A stretch of 64,000 nucleotides of DNA from Candidatus Micrarchaeota archaeon (GCA_020854825.1 JAHKLY010000002.1:31487-95486), one strand, 5' to 3'. Positions 30,025 through 39,253 are shown, counted from the stretch's first letter. Numbers and translations are program-made. The notes: generated from the sequence alone by a model not told the origin.

Positions 30025-30233
30025 CGGGCCTGGAGAGATTTATTTGTTTATTTCTTTTCTTTTTAGTTGAGTTTTTTATTTTCTTTTTTAAAGAAAAGAA
30101 AAAAGTCATTGAACTCTCGACCATCAGCTTAGAAGGCTTACGTGATATAGTTTTCTTTTTTGGAAAACGTAGCTTTTTTCTTTTACAAAAGAAAAAAGAT
30201 CGTGCCGCTCTGTCCAAGCTGAGCTACAGGCCC
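30025..30233 (-). tRNA. intron-containing tRNA, candidate tRNA-Arg(UCU), with at least 2 introns (one in the T-loop, one 5' of the anticodon arm)
   Basis: Minus strand: GGGCCTG-TA-GCTC-AGCTTGGACA-GAGC-G ... TAAGC-CTTCTAA-GCTGA-TGGTC-GAGAG-TTCAA[69-nt intron]AT-CTCTC-CAGGCCC-G. The acceptor, D and T stems pair perfectly and the T-loop reconstitutes TTCAAAT. The anticodon arm TAAGC/CTTCTAA/GCTGA has one A.G mismatch, and the exact 5' exon junction is ambiguous because of a repeated CACG. Confidence 0.5.
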
Positions 30234-30293
30234 ATTAATTGTATAATCTTATTTGTATAACCATTTAAAAAGGTTCTTTTGCATTTATATTAT

Positions 30294-30542
30294 ATGGCAG
30301 AAGCAGGATTTGCACAAAAGAAAAAACAAGATATTATGAAAAATATAATCAAATGCCCTAAATGTAGCGCAGATAATGCAGTAGGTGCATTAAGATGTGG
30401 GAGATGTGGATATTCATTTGTAAAACCTGAAGAAGAATTCACAAAAGAGGAGGATGAGAAAAAGAAATGTCCTGTCTGCAGTGAAGATAATTTAAAAAGC
30501 GCAAAAGAATGCAAATACTGTGGTTATAAATTTCATGTTTAA
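30294..30542 (+). CDS. double zinc-ribbon protein
   Basis: CPKC..CGRCG and CPVC..CKYCG pairs. Acidic linker. Confidence 0.45.
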   Translation: MAEAGFAQKKKQDIMKNIIKCPKCSADNAVGALRCGRCGYSFVKPEEEFTKEEDEKKKCPVCSEDNLKSAKECKYCGYKFHV

Positions 30543-30543
30543 T

Positions 30544-32322
30544 TTACATTTTTTCTAATTCTGTTAAGCCTAATAAATTCATTCCTGTTTTAAGAGTTTC
30601 TGCTGTTTTTTCTAAAATTAATAATCTAAAGTTCTGTGCATCCTTATTTTCTTCTTTAAGAACAGAAACAGCGCTGTAAAAACTTGCAAATTCAGATGAA
30701 GTGCGCAATAAGTAATCACATATTTGATGTGGTTTTAATTCGTCTGCAGATTTTTCAATAATTTCTGAAAATTCTGATAGTAAAAGTAATAGTTTTTTTT
30801 CAGTATCATTTATTTTAATATTTTGTATATCTATCTTGAATGTTGGTTTTTTCTTTTTGAGAATACTTTTACATCTTACATAGGAGTACATAACATAGGG
30901 TGCAGAATCACCTTCTAAACTTAAAGCTTCCTCCCAATCAAAAGCAATTTTAGTTTCAGGTGCATATTTTAAAATGTAAAAGATCATTGAGTTAGTTGCT
31001 ATTGTTTTTGCTATTTTTTTATCTTCACAGTTTTTTTCTAATGCTTTTTCTATTCCTTGTTCAATAAAATCATCTACTGAATATCCTATCCATGTTCCTT
31101 TTCTTCCTGAAAATTTAATATTTTTTAAAGTGACTTGTTCATAAGTTAAATGATGATAATTTTCTGATTGTTTTGTATAACCCATTTGATTTAAACTATG
31201 TTTAACTACTTTTTGAGGATAAATTTGTTCATTGCCAATCACATTTACTATTTTATCTGCTTTAATTTTTTTCTTAGAACCTTTTTTATTGGTCATATAT
31301 GCAATTTTTTTAGAGGGTTGTGTCATAAATTTAGAAAAATTAAAATCACTTTTTAATAAACCAAATTTCCACATGTGAAAAATAATGTCTTTCCCAGTAT
31401 AGGTTGCAATTCCATTACTTCTTATTAAAATTTTATCTGGATTTTTCATTTTATCAAATTCTTTCCCAGACATTTTTATCACATAACATCCGTTATTCTC
31501 TCCAGTTTTTTCTAAATGAATTATTTTATTTTCTTTTAAGTGTTTGATTCCTTCATTAAAAATAGTATTCATTATATCTGATTCAAATACTAATATTTCG
31601 TGTTCAATATTGAAATTAAAACCAGTTTCCCATTGTGCTTTAACACATTTTTCACTTATTTCTCTTGCTTTTTTTGATATTTTTTCGTCTCCTTGTTCTA
31701 ATTTATGTAATAGTTCTTCTATTTCTTTTTTGATATTGGGATCTTCTGTTTTTAAAGCAACTTTAACATATTCTCTTCCCATCCATTGATCAAATTTAAG
31801 ATTACTATCTGGTTTATTATTTAAGTTTAGAATTCCCCATAAACTTTGTGCAACCTGTAATCCTAAATCATCAATATAATCCATTCTAATAACATCATAT
31901 CCTGAATATGACATTAAATTTGATACTGAATTTCCTAATACTGCATTTCTAAAGTGTCCTATATGCCATGGTTTATTTGGATTAACTGAAGGGAATTCAA
32001 TTATCACTGTTTTTTTATTTTTTTTATTTTTTTCTTTATTTTTCAAAACTTCTTCAAAAAAATTATTTGAAAAATAGATATTGATGTATGGGCCAATACA
32101 GTCTATTTTTTCAATATTTTTATCTTTTAATTCATTACTTATTTTTTTTGCTATTAAATTAGGATTTGTTTTATCTTTTTTAGCAATAGAAAAAGCGATA
32201 GTACACGCTAGATCGCCAAATGAACTTTTTGGTTTTTCTAAAGAGGAATAACATATTGGATAGTCTAAATTAGTAATTTTATTTAGTTTTATCGCTATTG
32301 TTTCCTTTATTTTAGTATACAT
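30544..32322 (-). CDS. argS: arginyl-tRNA synthetase
   Basis: HIGH motif (PNKPWHIGHFRNAVLG). N-terminal Arg-tRNA-synthetase additional domain. C-terminal DALR-like helical domain. 592 aa. Confidence 0.85.
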   Translation of the reverse strand: MYTKIKETIAIKLNKITNLDYPICYSSLEKPKSSFGDLACTIAFSIAKKDKTNPNLIAKKISNELKDKNIEKIDCIGPYINIYFSNNFFEEVLKNKEKNKKNKKTVIIEFPSVNPNKPWHIGHFRNAVLGNSVSNLMSYSGYDVIRMDYIDDLGLQVAQSLWGILNLNNKPDSNLKFDQWMGREYVKVALKTEDPNIKKEIEELLHKLEQGDEKISKKAREISEKCVKAQWETGFNFNIEHEILVFESDIMNTIFNEGIKHLKENKIIHLEKTGENNGCYVIKMSGKEFDKMKNPDKILIRSNGIATYTGKDIIFHMWKFGLLKSDFNFSKFMTQPSKKIAYMTNKKGSKKKIKADKIVNVIGNEQIYPQKVVKHSLNQMGYTKQSENYHHLTYEQVTLKNIKFSGRKGTWIGYSVDDFIEQGIEKALEKNCEDKKIAKTIATNSMIFYILKYAPETKIAFDWEEALSLEGDSAPYVMYSYVRCKSILKKKKPTFKIDIQNIKINDTEKKLLLLLSEFSEIIEKSADELKPHQICDYLLRTSSEFASFYSAVSVLKEENKDAQNFRLLILEKTAETLKTGMNLLGLTELEKM

Positions 32323-32395
32323 GTAGTAATTATAGTAATAAATACATATAAAAACATTAGTTGATATAATATATATACAATGTGGGGGTGGTTTA

Positions 32396-32800
32396 ATGGG
32401 AGATGGAGGAATCAGACCAACACATTTATCAAAAAAAAAGATTACATCTCGAAGAACTGAGCGTCAGTCAAGTTTTGGAAAGCATAGCGGAATAAAAGGA
32501 GATTCTAAGTATATTGAGAACGAGAAAGAATATCTACTTGCTAGATATATGTTAATAGATGCAGATAATATCTACAAATTATCTAGAGGAATTGATTTAA
32601 TAGAATTTTTAAAAAAGAAGTATAAGTCAGAAGCATTAAAATATTTAAAAGAAGTATCAAATATTTATGCGGATAAAATAGCAAAAGAAGGAACAGAAAA
32701 ATATCAAAAGCAATTTGAAAAATTAATTTTTCTTGCTAATTCCTTAAAATCTAAGGAAATACTTAATTTTCTTGAAAATGTGTCAGATAAATACCTTTAA
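32396..32800 (+). CDS. hypothetical protein
   Basis: ORF only. Basic N-terminus. Confidence 0.3.
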   Translation: MGDGGIRPTHLSKKKITSRRTERQSSFGKHSGIKGDSKYIENEKEYLLARYMLIDADNIYKLSRGIDLIEFLKKKYKSEALKYLKEVSNIYADKIAKEGTEKYQKQFEKLIFLANSLKSKEILNFLENVSDKYL

Positions 32801-32825
32801 ATAGGCAAAAACACTTAATAAATAG

Positions 32826-33623
32826 GTGTTGGTTATGGAGAAAAGAACTTTACCTATTGAGAAATCTAAACGCAAAAAAAATATCTTAGAAGATGAGGTA
32901 TTCCTCAGAAATATTCAGGGCCAAACAGGAGAAATAGAAGAATTAAAAGGATTATTTTTAGAATATTATATACGTGGAGAAATTAAACAATTAAATTCAT
33001 TAGCTTTTGAAATTAAAGAAAAATATAACTCTAAACTTGAAATATATAAAAATAAAGAATTTGAATATATTTCACTTTGTCTTGATGCATTAGATTTTTT
33101 TTTAAAATATTCAGATAAGTATCAAGATTTTTGTAATGAATTTTATGATCTAGTAAAAAGTAGGTTAACTCCAGAAGTATTAACTAATTTAAGTGGTTCA
33201 ATTTTAATTTTTAAAATAATAAGATTATCAAAGAAAATGGAAGATATAGGATTCTCTGATAAAGTATATGATGATTTTTTAATTATTGAAGAATCCAAAA
33301 TGGATGAGATAGTAAAACAGAGTGTAAAAACTCAAGGCCCATCTGGGAATTTATCTGTAGATTTTGATATTTCTTTATTATTATCAAGAATTAATTCAGC
33401 TTTACATTGGTTTATTTTTGCAGGGGAAAACGGAATTTTATTTTCGCAGCAAGAGCTTTGTATAGTGGGGGAATTATTTTTTAATTTACAGAATAAAAAT
33501 AAATTTCTAGAAAATGAATTAAAACGAGTATGGAAACATATTTTTAATGAAGACTTTAATGAATTTAACCTAGATAAACAACGAGAACATTTAAAAGGGA
33601 TTAAAAATGGAAGAAGAGATTAA
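32826..33623 (+). CDS. hypothetical protein
   Basis: ORF only. Confidence 0.3.
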   Translation: MLVMEKRTLPIEKSKRKKNILEDEVFLRNIQGQTGEIEELKGLFLEYYIRGEIKQLNSLAFEIKEKYNSKLEIYKNKEFEYISLCLDALDFFLKYSDKYQDFCNEFYDLVKSRLTPEVLTNLSGSILIFKIIRLSKKMEDIGFSDKVYDDFLIIEESKMDEIVKQSVKTQGPSGNLSVDFDISLLLSRINSALHWFIFAGENGILFSQQELCIVGELFFNLQNKNKFLENELKRVWKHIFNEDFNEFNLDKQREHLKGIKNGRRD

Positions 33624-33810
33624 AGTATGTCCTGTTTGTGGAAATACAAACTTTCAATGGGTTGGTGGGGGATTAGAACAAATAGGAATATCTTCTGTAT
33701 CTGGAAAATCAAGATGTATTGGATGTGGAAATGTTATTATTCCAATTTATTTTAAACAGAAGGATTACAAAAAATTTTTAGAACATTTAAAACTTTTATC
33801 TAAAAAATAA
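33607..33810 (+). CDS. small zinc-ribbon protein
   Basis: CPVCGN...CIGCGN. Overlaps the upstream ORF by 17 nt. Confidence 0.35.
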   Translation: MEEEIKVCPVCGNTNFQWVGGGLEQIGISSVSGKSRCIGCGNVIIPIYFKQKDYKKFLEHLKLLSKK

Positions 33811-33847
33811 ATCGCGCAGGGTAACACCCCCCGCTAAATTAACAATA

Positions 33848-34006
33848 TTACTTTTTCTTTGTAGTTTTTTTCTTTGTTGTTGTTTTTTTAACTGCAGTTT
33901 TTTTTGTTGCAGGTTTTTTCTTTACTGTTTTTTTCTTTGTTGTTGTTTTTTTAACTGCAGTTTTTTTTGTTGCAGTTTTCTTTTTTGCACATTTTTTTAC
34001 AACCAT
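33848..34006 (-). CDS. 52-aa Lys/Thr-rich basic repeat protein (histone H1/Hc1-tail-like), putative nucleic-acid binding
   Basis: ATG(34006)..TAA(33848) encodes MVVKKCAKKKTATKKTAVKKTTTKKKTVKKKPATKKTAVKKTTTKKKTTKKK. It contains a tandem KKTAVKKTTTKKK repeat produced by a direct DNA repeat. Confidence 0.35.
   Translation of the reverse strand: MVVKKCAKKKTATKKTAVKKTTTKKKTVKKKPATKKTAVKKTTTKKKTTKKK
33865..33975. repeat. two 48-bp direct repeats (period 63 bp), T-rich on the + strand
   Basis: tttttttctttgttgttgtttttttaactgcagttttttttgttgcag occurs at 33865..33912 and again at 33928..33975. Confidence 0.6.
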
Positions 34007-34160
34007 TTGTAAAACACCTCAAATTTTTTATAGTTTAGTCTCTGCAATAACTTTTATAAACGTTCCTTCAATTTTTAATTTTTCTAAAATTTTATTTTTT
34101 AAAATTTTTCATTAAAAAATTTAGAAAAGTTTTATAAATTAGTTTATTTAAATTTAAATC

Positions 34161-34781
34161 ATGGATCAGAAAAACAAAGCGAGTAAAGAAGAAGAATTAA
34201 AGAAAAAAGTTTATGAAGCAGCAATTGATACTGCAATCTTAATTGCTAAAAAAGGAGAAGGAGGATTAATAGTTATTGGAAAAACAAAAGATTATGAATG
34301 CCATTTTCCAAATTTTTTTGAAAATAAAAAATTTTATATAACTGATAATGGAATGACTGAAGTTTTATCTAAATTAGGTATTGTTGATGGCGCAATAGTT
34401 TTAGATCCAGATGGCAGAATTAAAGCATATGGTGCAAGAATTTTAAAACAAGAAACTGCTAAAGGGTTTGGAACAAGGCATTCTGCAGCAAAAGGAATTT
34501 CTAATTCTGGTTGTTTAGCAATTTTAGCATCAGAACAAGATAAAGTAGTTAGAATTTTTAAAGAAGGAAATAAAGTTATGGAAATAAACCCCCATACAAA
34601 AACAGTAGAAAAAAATGTATCCAAAATTGTTAAAATTTTAACAAAAACAGAAACAGCAGGATTAATTGCAGGGGCAGCAGCAGTTCCCATTATTGGGATA
34701 CCAGGAGTCATAGTTTTTGGAGGGAGTTATTTTGTTTCTAAAACTTTACTGGGAATGATTAGAGAGATAGACTTTAAATAA
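34161..34781 (+). CDS. diadenylate cyclase (DAC/DisA_N domain) with C-terminal hydrophobic segment
   Basis: DAC signature motifs DGAIVL and GTRHSAA (canonical DGA... and GTRHRAA). C-terminal GLIAGAAAVPIIGIPGVIVFGG membrane-like helix. Confidence 0.7.
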   Translation: MDQKNKASKEEELKKKVYEAAIDTAILIAKKGEGGLIVIGKTKDYECHFPNFFENKKFYITDNGMTEVLSKLGIVDGAIVLDPDGRIKAYGARILKQETAKGFGTRHSAAKGISNSGCLAILASEQDKVVRIFKEGNKVMEINPHTKTVEKNVSKIVKILTKTETAGLIAGAAAVPIIGIPGVIVFGGSYFVSKTLLGMIREIDFK

Positions 34782-34832
34782 GTTTCTTTTTATAATTAAT
34801 TACTTATTTTATATATTAAATGAGGAATTTTT

Positions 34833-35951
34833 ATGAAAATACCAAATATTTATGAACAAGATTACAAAAAACTAATGGTTCTTCCAATTCTATTAATTAT
34901 AATTTCGTTATTTTTTATACCTCAAATCAAAGTAGGAATTGATTTTAAAGGAGGCACTATAATTACATTATATTCAGATTATACAATACAAACAGAAAAT
35001 TTAGAAAATGATTTATTACAAGCAGGAATTAGTTTACATTCAGTAAAACAATTTAAAACCACATTAGGAAATGTAGTTGAAATTGAAATTGAAAATGAAG
35101 AATTAATATATGAAGCAGAACAATTAAGATCTGATTTTTCAAATATTTTTGAAAATGTTTCAAGACTTGAATCATATGTTGCACAAACAAATGGGGAAAA
35201 TCAAACTATAATTAATGAATATACTAATGAAAGAAGCAAAGCAGATAAAATTGCAAATAATTTATTTAAGTTATCTGGTTATACCGAAAAAACAGCAGAA
35301 CAAGCAGAATCAACAAATGAATTGAAAAGTTTAGTAACTAAAGCGTATCTGAATATAAAATCTGATTATGAAGATAAATTAGATAGTATATTAAAAAGTA
35401 ATGTTAATTACTCTTCTATAACAGTAGATATTGTTTCACCCTCTCTAAGTTCTAAATTTATTGAAAAAGCAACGTTTGTAACAGTAATTGCAATAGTTTT
35501 TGCTGTTATACTTTCATTTATTGTTTTTAGAGATATTATGCCAAGTTTACTTGTATTAACTGGTGCAGCAGCAGATATTATTATTTGTTTAGGTGCTATG
35601 GGGTTATTTCAAATTCCATTTACTTTGCCTTCATTTGCGGCATTATTAATGATGTTAGGGTTTTCACTAGATACAGATATGCTTTTAACTATGAGAATGT
35701 TAAAACAACATGAAGGAACACCAAAAGAAAGAGCATATGAAGCAATGAAGACAGGTGCAACAATGAGTTTAACTGATTTTATTGCATTTGTAGCATTATT
35801 TGTTCTTGCAATAATGACAAATATATCAACATATTATGAAATTTCTGCAATAGCAATTTGTGGATTAATAGGAGATATAATTGCAACATGGTTATTTAAT
35901 GCAGTTATATTACTAATATATTTAGAAAAAACAAAAAAGGTGTATATATGA
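34833..35951 (+). CDS. secF: protein-export membrane protein SecF
   Basis: GIDFKGGT motif after TM1, periplasmic domain, C-terminal 5-TM bundle. Overlaps the downstream secD-like gene. Confidence 0.65.
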   Translation: MKIPNIYEQDYKKLMVLPILLIIISLFFIPQIKVGIDFKGGTIITLYSDYTIQTENLENDLLQAGISLHSVKQFKTTLGNVVEIEIENEELIYEAEQLRSDFSNIFENVSRLESYVAQTNGENQTIINEYTNERSKADKIANNLFKLSGYTEKTAEQAESTNELKSLVTKAYLNIKSDYEDKLDSILKSNVNYSSITVDIVSPSLSSKFIEKATFVTVIAIVFAVILSFIVFRDIMPSLLVLTGAAADIIICLGAMGLFQIPFTLPSFAALLMMLGFSLDTDMLLTMRMLKQHEGTPKERAYEAMKTGATMSLTDFIAFVALFVLAIMTNISTYYEISAIAICGLIGDIIATWLFNAVILLIYLEKTKKVYI

Positions 35952-37513
35952 GTTTTTCAAGTTTAATTAGAGATAAAAGAGTAATTGCATTGTTTATATT
36001 TACATTATTAGCTATTAGCATAGCTTATTTTGGCGGATTAAAATTTGGTATTGATTTTAGTGGGGGTACAAGAATTCCTGTTATACTTGAAAGACCGGTT
36101 TCAACAGAAGTCATGGATCAAATGATTGAGACTATTAAAACAAGAGTAAGCACTTTTGGTTTAACTGAAATTAAAGTTAGGGCCAGAGGGGATGATGAAA
36201 TAATTGTAGAAATTCCAAGTTATGACGATCAGACTGTAAGACAAACAATAGAAATATTAGAAAGACAAGGAGTATTTTTAGCAGTTTTTGATGGAAAATC
36301 TGCACTCAAAGGGAGTGAAATTTATACTGGTTCCATAGTTCAAATTCCAGCAGAAAGATCCGGTTGGTGGTCTGTTAGTGTTTCTGTATCAAATGCTGCA
36401 TCAACAAAGTTTGGAGAAGTTTCAGAAGGAAAAGCAGGATACCCAATTTATATGTTTTTAGATAGGCCTTCAGACGCATCTATATTTATTACAAAAGAAC
36501 ATTTAGTACAAGATACGGAGTTATCTACTGAAGATGCAATAACAATGCTTAATGATGCATTAAGATTAGAAGGTAATTCAATTGGTTTATATTTAATTGA
36601 CGCTTTTGATAATTATAAAGAAGATTTAACTCCAATTTCAAATACTTCAAAAGCAATAATTTCTAAAGAAACATCTAATGAAATTAAACAAGAATTAAGA
36701 GATAAGGGATTTATTTTAATTGAAAAGGAGGATAAAGATTTATATCCCAAATATTCAATATCCACAACACATAATACTGTTGTTAAATGGGATGCAATTG
36801 GACTAGTATCAGTTCCTTATTTAAGTCCTTCGTTAGCAGGGGGCCCAGCATCACATAGAGGAACATATGCTATTTCTGGACCTGGAGAAGGGAATACAGT
36901 TCAAGAGATGAATTTTAATGCTCAGTTAAAAGCAAGAGAGATGCAATCAATACTCAAAGGAGGATCATTACCTGTAGGTATATCAGTTGGAAGTAAAACC
37001 TCAATTCCAGCCCCATTAGGGTCTAAGTTTTTAGAATGGAGTGCAATTGGAGGATTAGTGGCATTATTAATAATAAGTTTAGTGGTAAGTATAAGATATA
37101 TGGATTTTAAATTAGTATTTCCAATATTAATTGTTTCATTAGCACAAATAACCATTTTAGTTTGTATAATTGGGTATTTTACAATTGATTTGGGTGCATT
37201 TGCAGGTCTAATCGCAGCAGTAGGTACTAGTGTTGATGAACAAATTGTTATTACAGATGAATTAATGAAAAAAGATGGTTCTGATGTTAGGACTAAACTA
37301 AAGCGTGCTTATGCAATTGTTACAAGGTCAAGAGCAATTATTATTGTTGCAATGCTTCCTTTGTTATTATTTTCAGGATTAGTAGAAATTATTGGTTTTG
37401 CAACATCTACAATCTTAGGTGCATTTTTAGGAGTATTATTAGCAAGGTATTCATATGCAGCATTTGTTGAACATTTAATTTTGAAAAAGAAAATACCTTC
37501 TGAAAAAAAGTAA
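35948..37513 (+). CDS. secD: protein-export membrane protein SecD
   Basis: GIDFSGGT motif, large periplasmic domain, C-terminal 6-TM domain. 521 aa. Confidence 0.65.
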   Translation: MSFSSLIRDKRVIALFIFTLLAISIAYFGGLKFGIDFSGGTRIPVILERPVSTEVMDQMIETIKTRVSTFGLTEIKVRARGDDEIIVEIPSYDDQTVRQTIEILERQGVFLAVFDGKSALKGSEIYTGSIVQIPAERSGWWSVSVSVSNAASTKFGEVSEGKAGYPIYMFLDRPSDASIFITKEHLVQDTELSTEDAITMLNDALRLEGNSIGLYLIDAFDNYKEDLTPISNTSKAIISKETSNEIKQELRDKGFILIEKEDKDLYPKYSISTTHNTVVKWDAIGLVSVPYLSPSLAGGPASHRGTYAISGPGEGNTVQEMNFNAQLKAREMQSILKGGSLPVGISVGSKTSIPAPLGSKFLEWSAIGGLVALLIISLVVSIRYMDFKLVFPILIVSLAQITILVCIIGYFTIDLGAFAGLIAAVGTSVDEQIVITDELMKKDGSDVRTKLKRAYAIVTRSRAIIIVAMLPLLLFSGLVEIIGFATSTILGAFLGVLLARYSYAAFVEHLILKKKIPSEKK

Positions 37514-38254
37514 CTAAAGGTGTATATTTCTTCCTTTTATATATGTTGCTTTTTGACATAAAAATCTTATTTTTTTGTTTTTGAAATTATTAAACTGCTC
37601 TTCAAGTGTACTTCCTATGCAGTCAAGCATTTTCCAAGGTTTTCTACATATTAAATCATTTGATATTTTTGTTTTGTATGAACTTGTTATTGCCCAATAG
37701 TCTTCTTTTTTCTCTCTGTTTTCTAGAATATATTTTATAGCACCAGATCCACAACTTAGTATGAAAAGGACTTTTATTCCGTTTATCTCATCAAGCATAT
37801 CAAATAAGGTCTCATATTCTAATTTTGTATCTTCTAATCTCAAATAAGGATTGATTTTTTTTCCATTTCCATGTGCTGCAATTATTATAAAGGTTATATC
37901 ATTTTCTTTAGATATTTTAGACGTATTTGTAATCTGAGTAATAAAATCTTCGTAAGTTAAACTAATATTCTCTCCAAAAGTTTTTTTTAACTCTGAATTT
38001 ACAAATTCTTTTTTATTATCTAAGAAGTTTAATACAGGTTTAACTATTAAATATGGGATTCTATCAAAAAAAGGCATTTTGTTAATTTCTGGTAGTATCT
38101 TTGGATTTGTTCTTCTAAAACCGATTACTCGGTTTGTTCCACAAAAAGGAATACTCTCTGTATTTGATTTAGGATTAGTTAAAATAGTTGAGATTTCTCT
38201 ATTTTGTGAGGATGTAATTAAAGTTATTGGATTGTCTTGTTGTATCATGTTCAT
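37514..38254 (-). CDS. caspase/clostripain-fold (CHF-class) cysteine peptidase-like protein
   Basis: His-Cys dyad context IIAAHGNG ... LFILSCGSGA, typical of caspase/legumain/gingipain-like peptidases. Confidence 0.4.
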   Translation of the reverse strand: MNMIQQDNPITLITSSQNREISTILTNPKSNTESIPFCGTNRVIGFRRTNPKILPEINKMPFFDRIPYLIVKPVLNFLDNKKEFVNSELKKTFGENISLTYEDFITQITNTSKISKENDITFIIIAAHGNGKKINPYLRLEDTKLEYETLFDMLDEINGIKVLFILSCGSGAIKYILENREKKEDYWAITSSYKTKISNDLICRKPWKMLDCIGSTLEEQFNNFKNKKIRFLCQKATYIKGRNIHL

Positions 38255-38392
38255 AATAAACTTGTGTATTTTTATGTTTATAAATGTTTTTATATCTTGT
38301 TTTAAATATATATTTTATATTTTTATAGCAGTTATTTTTTAGAATATATTAAAATAGCATAAGAATATAAATAATATCTTCTTATTTTTTTT

Positions 38393-39043
38393 ATGAAACA
38401 ATTTTCAGTTTATCTAGATGATTTACATGCAATTTATATATTAGATCCTAAGAATAAATTTAATTTTCAGTTTTTTCAAGATAAACCAAAGGAGATTTAT
38501 ATTCACCATACAGGAAATAATTCACATAGTTTAGAAGAAGCTTATAATATAGGAATTTCAAGATTTAATCAGCCTTCATATCATTTTATAATAGATAGAA
38601 AAGGGTCAATATATCAAACTCTTCCAATAAATGTAGCAGGTGCACATGTTAGACGCCATAATGAAAACTCATTTGGGATCGCACTTTTAGATTTAATTTC
38701 ACCTTCTTCTCCTACTCTAGCGATGAAATATTCATTGGGTGCATTAATTGATTTTCTTAAATCTAATTATCCCATAGAAAAAGTCTCTACTCATGTTGAA
38801 GCAACAGTTTCTGATGTTAATGAAATAATAGAACAGACGAGAATAAAACAGGATTTACCTTTATTAGATATAAATGAGATAGGTGAATTGACATTAAGTA
38901 ATGTCGAAAAGTATAAGGAAAATGTTAAAAAAGAAATTAAATATTCAGATGTAGATAAGATTGTAAAAGATTTGTTAAACCAAAGAGTAGAATATGTTAA
39001 AAATTGTCCAGGTCCATATTTCAAAGATCTTTTAGATTTATAA
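38393..39043 (+). CDS. N-acetylmuramoyl-L-alanine amidase (Amidase_2/PGRP) domain protein
   Basis: IYIHHTGN...YHFIIDRKGSIYQ...AGAHV...NSFGIALLD matches the Amidase_2 zinc-amidase core (HHT, IDR.G, AxH, S.GI). Confidence 0.6.
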   Translation: MKQFSVYLDDLHAIYILDPKNKFNFQFFQDKPKEIYIHHTGNNSHSLEEAYNIGISRFNQPSYHFIIDRKGSIYQTLPINVAGAHVRRHNENSFGIALLDLISPSSPTLAMKYSLGALIDFLKSNYPIEKVSTHVEATVSDVNEIIEQTRIKQDLPLLDINEIGELTLSNVEKYKENVKKEIKYSDVDKIVKDLLNQRVEYVKNCPGPYFKDLLDL

Positions 39044-39185
39044 TCTAAAAATAATAGTATAAATTTAATTTATAAAGTTAAAGTTGCTATTTCTGTTAAG
39101 ACATCAAAGTATAATTATTGCACATTATCTCGAAAGATCTATATGCTTTAAAAACCTATATGTTGTAGTATTAGAGTACTTATAA

Positions 39186-39201
39186 ACACAATATATTGTG
39201 T
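39186..39201. promoter_or_regulatory. NrdR-box operator (perfect 16-bp palindrome ACACAATATATTGTGT)
   Basis: Matches the bacterial NrdR-box consensus acaCwAtATaTwGtgt. Lies 53 bp upstream of the nrdR start, inside the nrdR-nrdDG leader. Confidence 0.6.
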
Positions 39202-39253
39202 TTTAAGATATTTATCAATAGGTGTGAAAAATGATTAAAATGAGGCGTAATTT

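Noticed and set aside
30017-30217. 66-aa minus-strand ORF (MDRAARSFFFCKRKK...)
   Set aside because: Lies entirely within the intron-containing tRNA locus. The translation is K/F-rich junk, and the tRNA interpretation explains the GC-rich ends.
33865-33975. Possible CRISPR-like repeat
   Set aside because: There are only two copies of a 48-bp T-rich unit, with no spacer-like unique sequences of regular length. The minus strand forms a coherent Lys-rich ORF. No other repeat-spacer array appears anywhere in the window.
39141-39180. Second NrdR box about 31 bp upstream of the perfect box
   Set aside because: The best candidate (ACCTATATGTTGTAGT) matches the consensus at only about half of its positions. 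It cannot be supported without a position weight matrix search.
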